A DNA stretch of 57,859 bases from Perkinsus chesapeaki ATCC PRA-425 (taxonomy: Eukaryota > Protista > Perkinsozoa), in assembly GCA_013115145.1 (NCBI GenBank), contig JAAPAO010000174.1, positions 1 through 57,859 on the forward strand, given 5' to 3'. Shown one piece after another: positions 13,027 to 24,338 of the stretch; the first letter of the stretch is position 1, and every line of letters starts with the position of its first letter. The notes under the pieces were generated by a model. The model was not told the DNA's origin, did no database searches, and saw only the letters and a program-made list of their open reading frames with translations. The position numbers and the translations under genes were made by a program.

Positions 13027-14508
13027 TCAAATCAAAACTTTATAGGCAATCTCCTCGGCATCTCCAAAGCTGCTGCCTCTCAGACCAAGCCAACTGCCGA
13101 GGATCTCTTCGATACGATCTCTAGCAGCAACCATATCCTCTGTGTCGTTGGCCGAGGGGGCTGCCATCTCTGAGTGATGAGCTCCACTAGGGATTGTCAA
13201 AGAGAGGATGCTGTCAGAAAGATTCCTGGTAACAGCTCCGGCGGTCCATCCGTCCATTCCGCCGTTCACAAAGAGCACGCGAGACGTAGTTTGGGCCAGC
13301 GAAGCCTCGTCGAAGCCCCACAGATCATTCAGGCGATGCTCACGTGAAGTATCTGAAAAGTTCCGGAATACCTCGTCACCGAAGGACTCTTTGCAATGAG
13401 CGTTGAGCCAGCCGTCGACCGCGAACTTCCGAGGCGGGAACATGTCAGAGGACGGGCCGTAGGTAGAGATGTGCTCGACAAGCTCAGTACAGGTCTGCCA
13501 ATCCCAAGACCGTCCAGCTTGCCCGACGCCGCAGCCAGTCCAATCGCCACACGAGGCCGAGTGGACGCCCTGCTTATTAGCGGACGGCAAATAACGAGTG
13601 ACGTCAAGGCAGTCGGGTCCCTTAGCAAGAGCTTTAAAAATTCCTGCGATGCCAGACTGTACCACAGTGTAACAGAGCTGGTACGTAGCTGAGGTGTTAG
13701 TCGGTGGATAGCTTGCCATATTAGCGCTAGAGAACATTATCCTCACCCATTGCACGAGTTCCTCGTAGAGGCCACTCTCCGGCCCCAAGGCCTCTGGATT
13801 GCATATCCTGAGCTCCTCGCGGGCTTGGTCAAACGTCATTCGCCCACCGTAGCGATGCTGGAAGTCCTCAAAGGCACGGCTTGTCTCCCGGGAGCAGCCC
13901 GGGAAAATCTTGTCAGCTGCATCGGTGATGATCTTATAGTAATGGCCGTCGAACTCGGCTTCCTGCGAATAGAAGCGTCCAGGGGAGCTCGACGCGTAGG
14001 CAGCATGGACAAGCTTAGGATACCTCAAACGGAAAGCCAGAGCCAGGAAGCCACTGTAGCTGCCACCGACCGCAACAACCCTGCATTGCTCAGCCCCTCG
14101 AACCTCCCTCAGAGCAGTCTGAAGCACCACGACGTGGTCCATTAGACTTTGCTCTATTGACAAGTACGGTAAGGACTCCTCGTACGGCGAAGGCACTGAG
14201 GTGCCATAGAAGCGATGCTCGCTCTCGATGACTATGCCGTTGTGTTTGGCCGACAGCCTTTGTGATACGAAGGGATAGATAATGCCTGTCTCAGGCAGAG
14301 GGCTCTCCCCTCCCATTATAAAGTACACAACACAGCCTGCCCCATGTGGGTCGTAGTGCTCCGTACTGAGCCAGTAGCGAGTAGGGAAAGTGCTCTGATT
14401 TGCCACTAGGGAGAAGTGATCGAGCGGCACGTCTATTGAGGACAGCTTCTGCTCCGAGGCTGCGGCCAGGGCCACACCAGCTGCCAATATGAGGAATGAA
14501 AAATGCAT
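13027..14508 (-). CDS. serine carboxypeptidase S28 family (prolylcarboxypeptidase-like), secreted, intronless, 493 aa
   Basis: Signal-like N-terminus MHFSFLILAAGVALAAA. S28 motifs LDHFS, EHRFYGTS, YLSIEQSLMD, nucleophile GGSYSG, WDWQTCTEL, catalytic Asp in NGGMDGW and His in GAHHSEM. Confidence 0.9.
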   Translation of the reverse strand: MHFSFLILAAGVALAAASEQKLSSIDVPLDHFSLVANQSTFPTRYWLSTEHYDPHGAGCVVYFIMGGESPLPETGIIYPFVSQRLSAKHNGIVIESEHRFYGTSVPSPYEESLPYLSIEQSLMDHVVVLQTALREVRGAEQCRVVAVGGSYSGFLALAFRLRYPKLVHAAYASSSPGRFYSQEAEFDGHYYKIITDAADKIFPGCSRETSRAFEDFQHRYGGRMTFDQAREELRICNPEALGPESGLYEELVQWVRIMFSSANMASYPPTNTSATYQLCYTVVQSGIAGIFKALAKGPDCLDVTRYLPSANKQGVHSASCGDWTGCGVGQAGRSWDWQTCTELVEHISTYGPSSDMFPPRKFAVDGWLNAHCKESFGDEVFRNFSDTSREHRLNDLWGFDEASLAQTTSRVLFVNGGMDGWTAGAVTRNLSDSILSLTIPSGAHHSEMAAPSANDTEDMVAARDRIEEILGSWLGLRGSSFGDAEEIAYKVLI

Positions 14509-14603
14509 TATGAGCAGAAAAACTGCTTCCCTCCGACGTTCAAAGCCCTGTGGCCACGCAACTCTTTCGAGCCAGTAACACCATCTGTTATAGCATGCCA
14601 ACA

Positions 14604-15550
14604 CTACCGCTCTCTCTCCCTTCCTCTGCTGCCTGGAGCCCCTCGTCCGCTTCCTAAAATATATATGGGAGACAACGCACACAAAGGAACTGGGCCCACA
14701 TATGCTGAGCGAGGGAGCAGCTGGTCCCGTCGCAGCAGGGCGATGCTCCGGAATTGCCTGGGAGCAGCTGGGGTGGTTGCTTCTGAGCTACCATCAATGG
14801 AGTCCTCTACAGCCTGAGTCAGGCATCCCAAACCCCATTACCTCTCCCGGCCGGCTCACCCGTAGACCCATAAGAGCCACCTGAGAAGCCTTATCGACCG
14901 TTGTTTGCTCCTCGGCCAGCAAACGCAGTAGACGCCGGTTCGACGACGCTCCACTTGAACTGGGAGGCCCTGACTGTCGAGAATTCACCGCAGATTCTGA
15001 GGAAGGTTGCTTGAATAACAAGCTCGGGTCGAAGTCCCTGCTGGTACCAAAGCGTCCAATCTAACACGGCCGAATCTCGGAAGTAAACCAGCCCAACTTT
15101 ATTACTTGCAACTTTTCAGCCAATGCAGGATCATTAAGCAAAGTGAGCGAACGATACTTGTCATCCAGATCTGAGATGCGGTCACTTCTCGCGGAGCTAG
15201 GCCCGCTTAGGGAATGATCAACAGCCTCCAAGGCCAGAGGAGCGAAGCAAACTGCTGACCTATGCGGAGGACCGATAAACGCTGATAGCAACCAGGAAGG
15301 AGGCATTACTCAATGGACTCCAACGGACTTAGGGACGCATCATTATTCTGAATCTCGCAAGGATGCGGGGAAGCGTACGGCACGCGAGCTGTACAAGAGA
15401 ACGTCAGCATTGATGAGGCGTACGATGATACTTGAGTAGTGCGTATGGTTCTCAGGGAGCTCCTTAGCTTCACCTATGCACACACAAGTCCCTCAGAGTC
15501 CGAGAAGCACCTTACTGGACGACCCTCGATTTACCATTTCATTCACCATT
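14604..15550 (-). CDS. hypothetical multi-exon gene
   Basis: A series of short minus-strand ORFs with plausible GT/AG ends (ISDLDDKYRSLTLLNDPALAEKLQ; RRLLRLLAEEQTTVDKASQ). No family recognised; boundaries approximate. Confidence 0.3.
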
Positions 15551-16797
15551 GCGGACGATACAGGCAAGCCGGGCAGAGGGGGAAAGCGAGGCGGGTGAAT
15601 CGAGCTGCACATCGAGTTCACGCAACGGTCAAGTAACCGTAAACCTACCTTCCTTCACTTCCAGAACGTTCCCACGGTTTTGATACAGGAATTGGCTCCC
15701 ACGATGGCTCAGCACTGTCCATGCTAGAGCGACATGTGATCACACATTCGTAGAAACTAAGAGATTAATACCCCGTCGAAGTCCCCTGAAATTTGACTTG
15801 TTCCTTCTAAATGGGACTCTGAAAGGCATCAATAACGTTCATAAATGACTAGTATAGAACGATTGGAATTGCTTTTTCTTCCTAGCACGATTCCCAATAA
15901 CAAAAAGTCTATCCTGAGATGGCTGATAGTGCTTGGTAGCTTCTGAAAATGGCTCCGACTTTTCCCAGATTTAGGTGGTTACGAGAAAAACGGTTCAAAG
16001 AAAGCATCACAGCAACCAGCAAGTTGCTGAGCAACTGCTGTGGGCATCTCGTTGTGGAGGAGGAACCGATATTCAACAGCGGACTTCCGGAACCAAGGCG
16101 ACCTCCAAAATATCTTGAGTGCTTTCTCCCTCTATATATTACGTGATGGGGTATTGCAACGTAAGTGAGCCGCTAGCAACGTAAAACTCTCAAGGAATCC
16201 GTCCTCCATCTCAACCGATATAAGGAAACTCCCGTTTATTTCCACTTACAGTAGTGGCAACGGAAAGGCTGTTCGGGGCACGGTTTCGCAGGGACATGCA
16301 TTATCGGGCCCCGACTGAAAACAGGTTGGACCACTTTGCGGATTGGTCCAAAAGTGGATTTCCTAGGAGAACGTAATTTTTGTAAGGCGCGTTTCGCTTG
16401 CGCCTCATTTTTTTAAGGCGCTCTTGCACAATCTAAGCACGTTCTAAGGAGAGTTCGTCTAAATCTAGGGTTGTTCCAAGGTGTCTGAAGTGTTACATTA
16501 CGTCATTTTCAAATCGTCATAATTAGGTTTGAACATTCTATGCAAACCAACTTCAACATGGTTGTCAAATACATTAAGCGAATTGACAACAAACACATTT
16601 TCTAAAAATGACAATTACTGTCCATAGTGTATCGTAATACGACGATTGAAAGCTTCTGACAGCATGTCGTTTTAATAAGCAAAGTTCGCATTCGACAGTT
16701 TGTCAAGGTTGTCGAAAACGGAACGTCCTATTCTGCCACAGATAGATAATGAGGAGGCACTTTGGCCTTTGTCTCTTGTTCTTGTTGTTATCTTCAG

Positions 16798-17667
16798 TTA
16801 TATTACTGACATAAGTGCCAGTGTATGCAATGCAGTATAGACATCCCTAACAATACCACCAATCCGGATGACATAACATTGATGCTCATCGGAGAAGGTA
16901 TCGATCTCCACTCTGTAGTTCTTTGATAACCAATCAAGTGTCGCAGGCGGTACTAGACTTTTGCACCCACAGACAATGTTACAGAAATGAGCATCGACCA
17001 AGGTATCCATATCGTCGGCTAAAGTTTGCACATTGGCATCATAAGCCAGACGAACGGTATCAGATATATGTGATCGATCAAATTGGATAGCAACGGCTAT
17101 TGCTGCACAAGCAATAGATAAGAGTATTTTGTCATTATTATAGTCCTCCAAAGATACTTCCATAATACTCTCATTTCCATGTTGTAATGTTGGTTCAGCT
17201 ACACGTAATGATGGATCAATATTACGAGCAGCAGCCAAGGCTTCAGGGCTGGCCAAGGATATATAAATAGAGTTAGAGGAATCATCCTCCAATATGAAGT
17301 TGGCCACAATTTTAGTGATGACCTTCTCCAAAGCCTCGAGAGTAGGTGCGGCTACAACTAGAACTCTTAAACATGAGTTAGCAAAGTAGCTACCATACGG
17401 AGATAGCTTGATGGCTGCTAAAGTCTCCTTCTCAAGATTTATGAGGGTTGAACCGCCATGCCCCATAATAACACCAGCTGTAGCTTCTGGAATAAGCATC
17501 TTAAACCAATACGGCCCAGCTCGAAATCTTTCGTCTCTAACCTTCGCGGCAAGCTTAGCCCTCGCCTTGCGTTTCCTCGTTGAGCGAGAAGGTACGCTTT
17601 TGATACCTTGCTGCCCAAGAATCACCAAATCCTGCATACCCACATCGATCAAAATGGAGCGGGCCAT
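16798..17667 (-). CDS. KH-domain RNA-binding protein, intronless
   Basis: FKMLIPEATAGVIMGHGGSTLINLEKETLAAIKLS..LRVLVV..EALEKVITKI is a type-I KH fold with a GxxG loop (GHGG). A basic patch RKRKARAK precedes it, and a degenerate KH-like segment lies at the C-terminus. Confidence 0.65.
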   Translation of the reverse strand: MARSILIDVGMQDLVILGQQGIKSVPSRSTRKRKARAKLAAKVRDERFRAGPYWFKMLIPEATAGVIMGHGGSTLINLEKETLAAIKLSPYGSYFANSCLRVLVVAAPTLEALEKVITKIVANFILEDDSSNSIYISLASPEALAAARNIDPSLRVAEPTLQHGNESIMEVSLEDYNNDKILLSIACAAIAVAIQFDRSHISDTVRLAYDANVQTLADDMDTLVDAHFCNIVCGCKSLVPPATLDWLSKNYRVEIDTFSDEHQCYVIRIGGIVRDVYTALHTLALMSVI

Positions 17668-17775
17668 TTGGGGATGGATGGCCGATGAGAGAGTGCATGC
17701 GTGCAGGTGACATGAGCGCATGCGTGCAGACGGCTACGTCACGGCCGGTGGAGAGTCTCCGAGACTGCCACTGTG

Positions 17776-18765
17776 TCAGTATCTTTGAAGAAACTGAAGA
17801 ACAGCAGAGTCAGCCTCTGAATTGTAAAACGAAGGCATCTCCTTAACCAATAGCAGTGTTCTCCGATGCGCCGCTTTCTTGTGCAATAATTGATTTCCTC
17901 ATTGGTTTTCCTGTAAAGATACCATAATGAGGTTACCGGTCCAGCCATCTAAACGACAGAACGGAAAACCTCTTGGGAAATGGCTCGATGACAGCAGCAG
18001 CGACACTTTCTACCGTCTGCTGCTAATGCTGCGCTGTATGATGTGCTTCCGCGATCAGCAGTGCTTATTGAACGCCCTCCCTGCCGATCCGCGATGGCCT
18101 AGAGTGCGAAACCGGAGGGTAGAATGCACCCCTCTCTGTCAAGGCACAACGTAAGTTCGGGTTAGCTAACCAAGTTAACGAACTACCAATTACGTTTCGT
18201 CAACAAAGATGAGATAGTGTTCGCGCTCTCGCTGTGAGTCGCCATGGTACGTCCAGTCTCCACTTTAATGTGGTCACGGGAAGGAGACTGCATCAGATAA
18301 TGAATCTTCCAGCTCACAGCCGAATGATTTACATTGTTCACTGGGTCTGTAAGTTGTGACCTTCATAACTAGTGTGTTAACCGTGATCCACTACGGTCGA
18401 GTAGTGTACAATGCTCACTTCTTCCTTTTCTTCTTCACCGAGAACCGCTTGGAAGTGGCCAAGTAAACCACAACTGTGTTGACGGGATGCTGAGATGACC
18501 TCAGCAACACCGACGGGTGCGTGCCTTGGCAAATGTTACCAAAGGCAAACTGCCGGATTGGAGCTCGCTCGTTCACGAGTTCGGGAATTCGAACCGAGCC
18601 ACTCGAAGGGTTTCTACAAGTTTGTCATCATCGATCGTTACATGGCAATACCGGCGTTATACGAATTATCTTTTCAATGTTCCGGTTGGTTTCGGTATCG
18701 CTAAGATACTTGGCAGCTATCAACTCAACTGACGTTTGGTCGGAAACGTCCACTATTGAACACAT
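17776..18765 (-). CDS. hypothetical multi-exon protein
   Basis: Phase-consistent GT-AG splicing gives ..IIRITP|KPFEWLGSN..VCLW|SSQHPVNTVVVYLATSKRFSVKKKRKN|YEGHNLQT..LLPVTTLKWRLD..AALAADD|GWTG|KPMRKSIIAQESG..E|ADSAVLQFLQRY*. Some middle exons are uncertain. No family recognised. Confidence 0.5.
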
Positions 18766-18772
18766 GAGATCA

Positions 18773-19102
18773 TCATCGAACTTGTCTCTGAAGGGTGAAG
18801 TGTTTAATCCTGAAACACGGAAAAATGTTTATTTCTTAGCCATAGCAACATCACAATGTACCAAGTTGGCAAACAATCCGAATTAAACGCCTGCTTGGTC
18901 TTTTCGCACTTGCTCTCGTCCTGAGGATCCCCGTGATTTGCCATCCCGTGGATAAGCTAGCTGTTTCCCTTACTTCGTTATTGTCAGTCAGACATTGGAA
19001 AAACTCATCGCGGGCCTTCCAGCACTTCTTCCTTTTTGCCACTCCCTTGACGGTTGCCTCAGGTGCCTCAGCAGCGCTGTCAGCCGCTGCTCGACTATCC
19101 AT
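18773..19102 (-). CDS. COA6: cytochrome c oxidase assembly factor 6 (COX6B/COA6 family), 3 exons, 74 aa
   Basis: Exons 19102-18974, 18920-18862 and 18809-18773 give ..KRKKCWKARDEFFQCLTDNNE|DESKCEKTKQAFNSDCLPTW|IKHFTLQRQVR*, with CX9C..CX10C and the CW-x-ARD-x-x-x-x-CL signature. Confidence 0.8.
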
Positions 19103-19199
19103 ACCAAGATTGAACAGCAACCTAGCCTCCAATGCAACTCAACAAAAGTTGGCCAAAAGCCAATTAACGAGATGCTACGTAGTTGTCGAATGCATTCGA

Positions 19200-20378
19200 T
19201 CAGAATTCCCTGTCTGTCAATACCAACGGGGCCACCAAAGTCCAGCCATACAACACCGTAACAGTAGCGGCCGCTGCCGGGCAGAACCACGGCGGCAGCA
19301 CTCCTGTTATAGCAGGCGCCAAATAGAGACCAATTAACGTGCCGCAAAGGTGGAGGACCATCAGAGACTTCGACGTTTCGTTATCAGTTGGTTCCTGCTG
19401 TCGACGGCTGCTCGACCCTTCAGACTGATTGCCGTTCGTCAAGGATTCGCTGAGACGTCTGGCATCCTGACCGGCCATCGAGGAGTCGCCCTTTGCCTTG
19501 GTCATGGCATATATGGTCGTGAAGGCGTAGAGTATCCAACCCACTGCACCTTGGAGCCCAGCGCCGGGAGCTGACAACCAGGCCGAATAGGAGAATATAA
19601 CAGAGGAGGGTAGGAGGGCACCGTGAGGGATGTATTCAGTAAGGGAGCCCGCCAGACAGGCCACCTGTACGACAAGAACCACAGCACACCAATGGGCACG
19701 GGAGATGCCTAAGAAGAAGTTATAGCAGCCAAGAGCTAGGAGCACCACGGCGGAGAAAACGATGGCTATGAACCAAGCCCGGCTGGTGGCTTCGCTGTTG
19801 CTGTAGTCCTCGGCGTTGGCGACCCATGCCTCGTTCCAGGAGTAGGCAAGATCAATGAGCATCACTTGCTGCATTAATACGTAGATGAAGGACAATGGTA
19901 CAAGGGTGACAAATAGGAAATGGAAGATGTCGTTGGGAGTGAAGCATAGCGCAAAAGCAACAACCGGTATCATCACGAACTTGAGAACAAAATACCGGTT
20001 GTTCGCCTTCCGGGCCAGGCCGTCCCCACAAGTGCAAAGCAGGAAGATTGCCAAGTGCATTAGGGCGTACGTGAATGTGATCCTCTGCACTAGGTTCGAA
20101 TAAAAACACTCCTCAACAAGTTGGTCATCTTCCTCCGAGGTGCACTTACCTATTCCTGGCAAGTAGCCAAACCACCACTGGAGGCTCTTGTTACCACCAA
20201 ATAGTGCCCCCATTGCCAATGAAAGAACAATCGTGTAAAGGTTAAGTATAAGGTAACCGATCCTCGAGGCATCCTGCCGTAGGGTGCCCAACCCCAAGGC
20301 CTTGGCACAGCATGTCCCCGTCAGTGAACCCAAACAGGACGTGAAGAAGGAACCGACCATCGAGAAGATAGCTCCCAT
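19200..20378 (-). CDS. SERINC: SERINC / TMS serine-incorporator family membrane protein, intronless
   Basis: MGAIFS..SCLGSLTGTCC N-terminus, SRIGYL, VQRITF, N..FVLKF, FIYVLMQQVMLIDLAYSWNEAW, GALLPSSVIFSYSAWL and LYGWTLVAPLVLTDREF* follow the SERINC pattern; about 10 hydrophobic segments. Confidence 0.87.
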   Translation of the reverse strand: MGAIFSMVGSFFTSCLGSLTGTCCAKALGLGTLRQDASRIGYLILNLYTIVLSLAMGALFGGNKSLQWWFGYLPGIGKCTSEEDDQLVEECFYSNLVQRITFTYALMHLAIFLLCTCGDGLARKANNRYFVLKFVMIPVVAFALCFTPNDIFHFLFVTLVPLSFIYVLMQQVMLIDLAYSWNEAWVANAEDYSNSEATSRAWFIAIVFSAVVLLALGCYNFFLGISRAHWCAVVLVVQVACLAGSLTEYIPHGALLPSSVIFSYSAWLSAPGAGLQGAVGWILYAFTTIYAMTKAKGDSSMAGQDARRLSESLTNGNQSEGSSSRRQQEPTDNETSKSLMVLHLCGTLIGLYLAPAITGVLPPWFCPAAAATVTVLYGWTLVAPLVLTDREF

Positions 20379-20618
20379 ATCCAATTGCCACAAGTGCTGT
20401 GAATACCCTTCATAACATCAACTAACTCAACACCACCCACGGCAGGCTGCCTACAAGGCTTACAGCTACGTTCCTACTTAACAGTAACAGGAGCAATTGT
20501 ACTGTCTGAGATGACGCTTAGATGGCGGCAGCTTGTCTTAGACGTTATAAACCTATTTTACATGTAATATGAGACAGAGTGGGCGGTCAGAGGGATATAA
20601 GACCGTGACGGCCAATTT

Positions 20619-21465
20619 TTAAGCAGAGCCGAAGTGGGCGTAAAAGTCCATGGCGATAACAGCGGCACTACAGACACCAGTGAGAGCCGTTGTTCTCATA
20701 GGATCGTTACCAAGCATACGATGGGCCTCGGGCGCTATGTCCACCACTACAGCGTACCCCATACATCCCGCAGCAGCCGCTAGGCCTGTAGCTACTAAAG
20801 TAGGGGAGACAGATAGGACACGTGTTGACAGCAAGAAGGCTGGCAGAGCCGACACGGGCTGGGGAAGGTTCGCTATGAAGGCGAATAGGGCACCTTCCAG
20901 AGGAGTCATTCCTTTGGCGACGAATGCCAAACAAAGTGCCGCGCCTTCGGGGATGTTGTGTAGAGCTATAGAGCTGAATACAAGCCCGCCAAGATGGGAC
21001 TTATCAGAGGCAGAAGAGAGCCCTAGACATAGTCCTTCTCCTAGGGAGTGCACCATCATCCCGAGTAGTACTACCGCGGCCCGACTAGCTCTGGCTCCCT
21101 TTAGCGTACCAAGCTGCTGCAAGGGATTGGCAGTGAAAAACTTATCCACAGCCAGCATGAGGCTGACACCGCAGCAGAGGCCGATGCCTATAGCGATGAG
21201 GCTGGTGGTTGTATGGAAGGCCTCACACATGAGGACGAAGCTGCAGCCGGACATCATTCCGGCGGCTATTGCCACACAGACCTGAAAGGATGAGTGCCTA
21301 ACAAAGCTTTCCCTTGTGTTGTACTACCCCAGACAACTTGTCGCTGAGAGCTCCTATAAGGCCAACGGAGCAGGAACCGATAAGAGTGGTACCGGCAGTG
21401 AGGAAGCAGTAGAGCAAGAAGTCAAAGGAGGAGAGGGGATGGTCTGTGCTTGGCGGAGAGATCAT
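20619..21465 (-). CDS. ZIP family metal transporter (GufA/ZupT-like), 2 exons
   Basis: Eight hydrophobic segments with TM4 HSLGEG and TM5 HNIPEG metal-site motifs. One intron joins DKLSG|VCVAIAAGMM. Confidence 0.87.
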
Positions 21466-22096
21466 TAGCAAAAAAAGTAAAATGGCTGTTGCAAGGGAGG
21501 AAATAGGAAACACTTCAATCCACGTAATGTATGTACGATCGGATCCAAGGAAGTGGGGTCGCTGTATGGGGCGAGCGCTGAATTCAAAGCAAATTCATCT
21601 ACTGCGCAAAAGGGAAAACGGTAAGAAGAGGCTAACCCGGGAATTGAACCAGAGGCTTCAGGCTGTTAGATGAGAGCTCTCCTTTTTGGACTAGTGAAAC
21701 CTGTTTTTAACGATCAAGTTGGAAAGCACTTAGCTGTGCATGTTGGTTCGAGGGTAGGTCGACTATGGTGTCAGATATGTTGAACAGGTTGCCAGGCGTT
21801 ATACTGTCTCCCAGCCACGGGGACGTACGATGCAATATCAAACCCAAGATGCACACCTTCTCTATCAACTACTTATATTGCCGAGTCTCTATTAGAGTTC
21901 GAGGAGAGCGTGGCTCACGCATCAACGGTGGGTTTGCCTCAGGGGCTGATATGTCTGCTATGTTTCTCGGGAGCTCGGTATAATGCGGAACCCATCATGG
22001 CCATGTGTGAACAGTTGTTGCGAATGATGTCTCGTCATACAGATTCTGTCTCGTTACTTTCCCGAGTCTTTGACTTAGAAGATCTCCGTTTTGTTA

Positions 22097-23348
22097 ATGG
22101 GTACTATTCTGTCCACAAGGAAAGCTACAGGGATTCTACGTATTGTCCTGCTGCTGCATTCTTCAGATGCTGACAAAAGCATCACTCTACCAGTGAAGAA
22201 TGGTTTTGTGACTATAGGGGTAAACGGACAGAAGATAAAGCTTAATGGTGACTCTGGGTCGTCAACTCTGCTTTTAAACGATGGCGGGTGGGTGAAAGAA
22301 ACATTCGGCGAGAAGGCATGCGATAATCCCCGAGCTGCATGCTACTTCCTCCCCCTGGTCACGATTATGCGGATGACTCTTCGGTCTTCCAGGATAGGTT
22401 CACCGATGGCGTTGTGGTGAAATATGTTATGCACACCGATTCATTCACTTTCGGGGGCACCGTACTTCCAAATATCAGTTTCGGGAGCATCATCTACTCT
22501 GAGAATGAACGGACTTCGAAGGCGAAGTTGTCTCCGGGTCTGTTTGGGGTAGCTCAACGCCGCAAAGACAACATGCCAGCAGGCTTGTTGAAATACCTGA
22601 AGGAGGCTGGAATCATCGATCAAGCAGCTGTCACCTTCCGCACTAACGACGATGGCCGGGATAGTGTTTGCCTCGGGGAGTGTGAGGAGCTCCGTGAAGG
22701 AACCGAGATACATTCTCCTTCTGCCATAAAAATAAACACAACAGGCCGGCTACGATGGCATCAATCGCCGGAATTGTGGATGAGGAGGGCAGAGTAGTCC
22801 TACAGCTTACAGATCGTTCTAAGTCATCTCGTCTGAATGCGGAGTATCTGACATACATTGATAGTGGTGCTAGGAGTATTCACATGCCAGGTGGGAGTAT
22901 GATCGCAGAGACGATGATAAACCTGGCCAAAAAAGCGATGGACGAGGCTGGCTTGGACACAAAGGCTGAACTTGCCACCCCTGCAAGTAATGGTCGGTGG
23001 TTGGTGGCAAAAAGTATGGTTGAATTCTTGCCGAGAAAAAAACTTGTTATGGGAGCCGGCCTGGACGTCCCGGTTTATATAGAGCCCGAACACTATGCTG
23101 TGTGTGGTGAGGACTCGAAGTGATGGATCCAATTGACGAACGAATCTCTGAATGACAACCGAGGTCTCCTCGGTATGCCGTTTTTCAGAGCTTATGACGT
23201 AGCTTTCAATTTCGACATAGCGAAAATCCGGATACGTCAAAAAGGAGAAGGGCATTATCGGTGTCTCCTCGACGGGTGTGATGAGACAGTGAGGTGTGGT
23301 CTGTTGTTGTTGTTACACCAGACTTCATGTTCTGAGTGCTGTTATTAG
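22097..23348 (+). pseudogene. pepsin-like (A1) aspartyl protease, disrupted
   Basis: Signal-like N-terminus, first DSG (KLNGDSGSS), second DSG (YIDSGARSI) and C-terminal GLLGMPFFRAYDVAFNF. Two apparent single-base frameshifts (about 22345 and about 22755) and an in-frame TGA at 23121-23123. Confidence 0.78.
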
Positions 23349-24338
23349 CAAAGCGCTCGAGGAGTGTAGTGTTCAGTAGGAGGGAGAATAACGCCAACCA
23401 TGGCAGACTTGGGTCACCATGTCATCCTCGGGAGGGGTTGAAGGCTAGAAGGATAACCTTGAAGTGTGGTCTGGGGTGTGCTCGACAGAGGATGGGAAAG
23501 ATAGTAAAGCGGGGAAGAGACAAGCGAGGATGCGAGCAACGAATTTCAAGGCGCCAACTGAGAGGAGGATCAAACTAAGGCATTTATCCCGTTCAACGGG
23601 ACCCGTTCAACATACGATGGCTTGGGTCCTTCTGGAATGGTTTGCATAACCGGTTCTTGAACAAGGCTTTCGGAAATCGTTTCCAAAATCTATTCTCAGC
23701 TTCAAGAAATAAGGGTCAAGTAGACTCACTATAGCAAATATTAGTTCATGAACCAAATATCTTGTCTCAGCTTTTCGGTCTCGTATTTCGTGGTTTTTGT
23801 TCAGTTTTTCCTCGCTGTGTGGACAATCTGTCTGTTATGTCGGTATAATATGAGTCTATCGCACGAACGTCCCGCAACATACTCCTAGCAGCTCGGAATA
23901 GCTGCTTTTGATTGTGCTGTGGATATAGGAACAGTGAAGGTGAGTCGATCTAGAGGTATCCTTGGCACATGCTCCCTATGCACAGTAGATAAACCTAAGC
24001 CGTCAGGGCCACGGGCCAAGCTGCATTTGTGCAGGGGGAAACTTATCGACATATTATTGGCAATCAAAACCTGTGGGAATCATTTTTCCTTGAAAGCACA
24101 TCTGAGCGATTCACTAAGATCCGACCAGATCCAGCATTAGAACGCATCCTATTTGAGCTTCCCTGATACACAAAGTATCCGATATTTCTGTTCTCACTAG
24201 AATCACTAGTTCCATTCTATTCCCGCAGCAAGAAAGTTTGTTCAGTATTGAAATATTAGGGGCATCATATCGTGTTGAAGCTGTTGCGTTGAAGTCACAT
24301 AATAATTTTGACAGATCTTTGAGCCATACCTAGACATA

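Noticed and set aside
14564-14575. Degenerate SL-like CTGGCTCGAAAG upstream of the intronless S28 gene
   Set aside because: Only 7 contiguous matches, expected by chance, and it may lie in the neighbouring gene's last exon or UTR.
23121-23123. Selenocysteine recoding of the TGA in the aspartyl protease
   Set aside because: Two independent frameshifts lie upstream, no SECIS is evident by eye, and the family is not redox-active.
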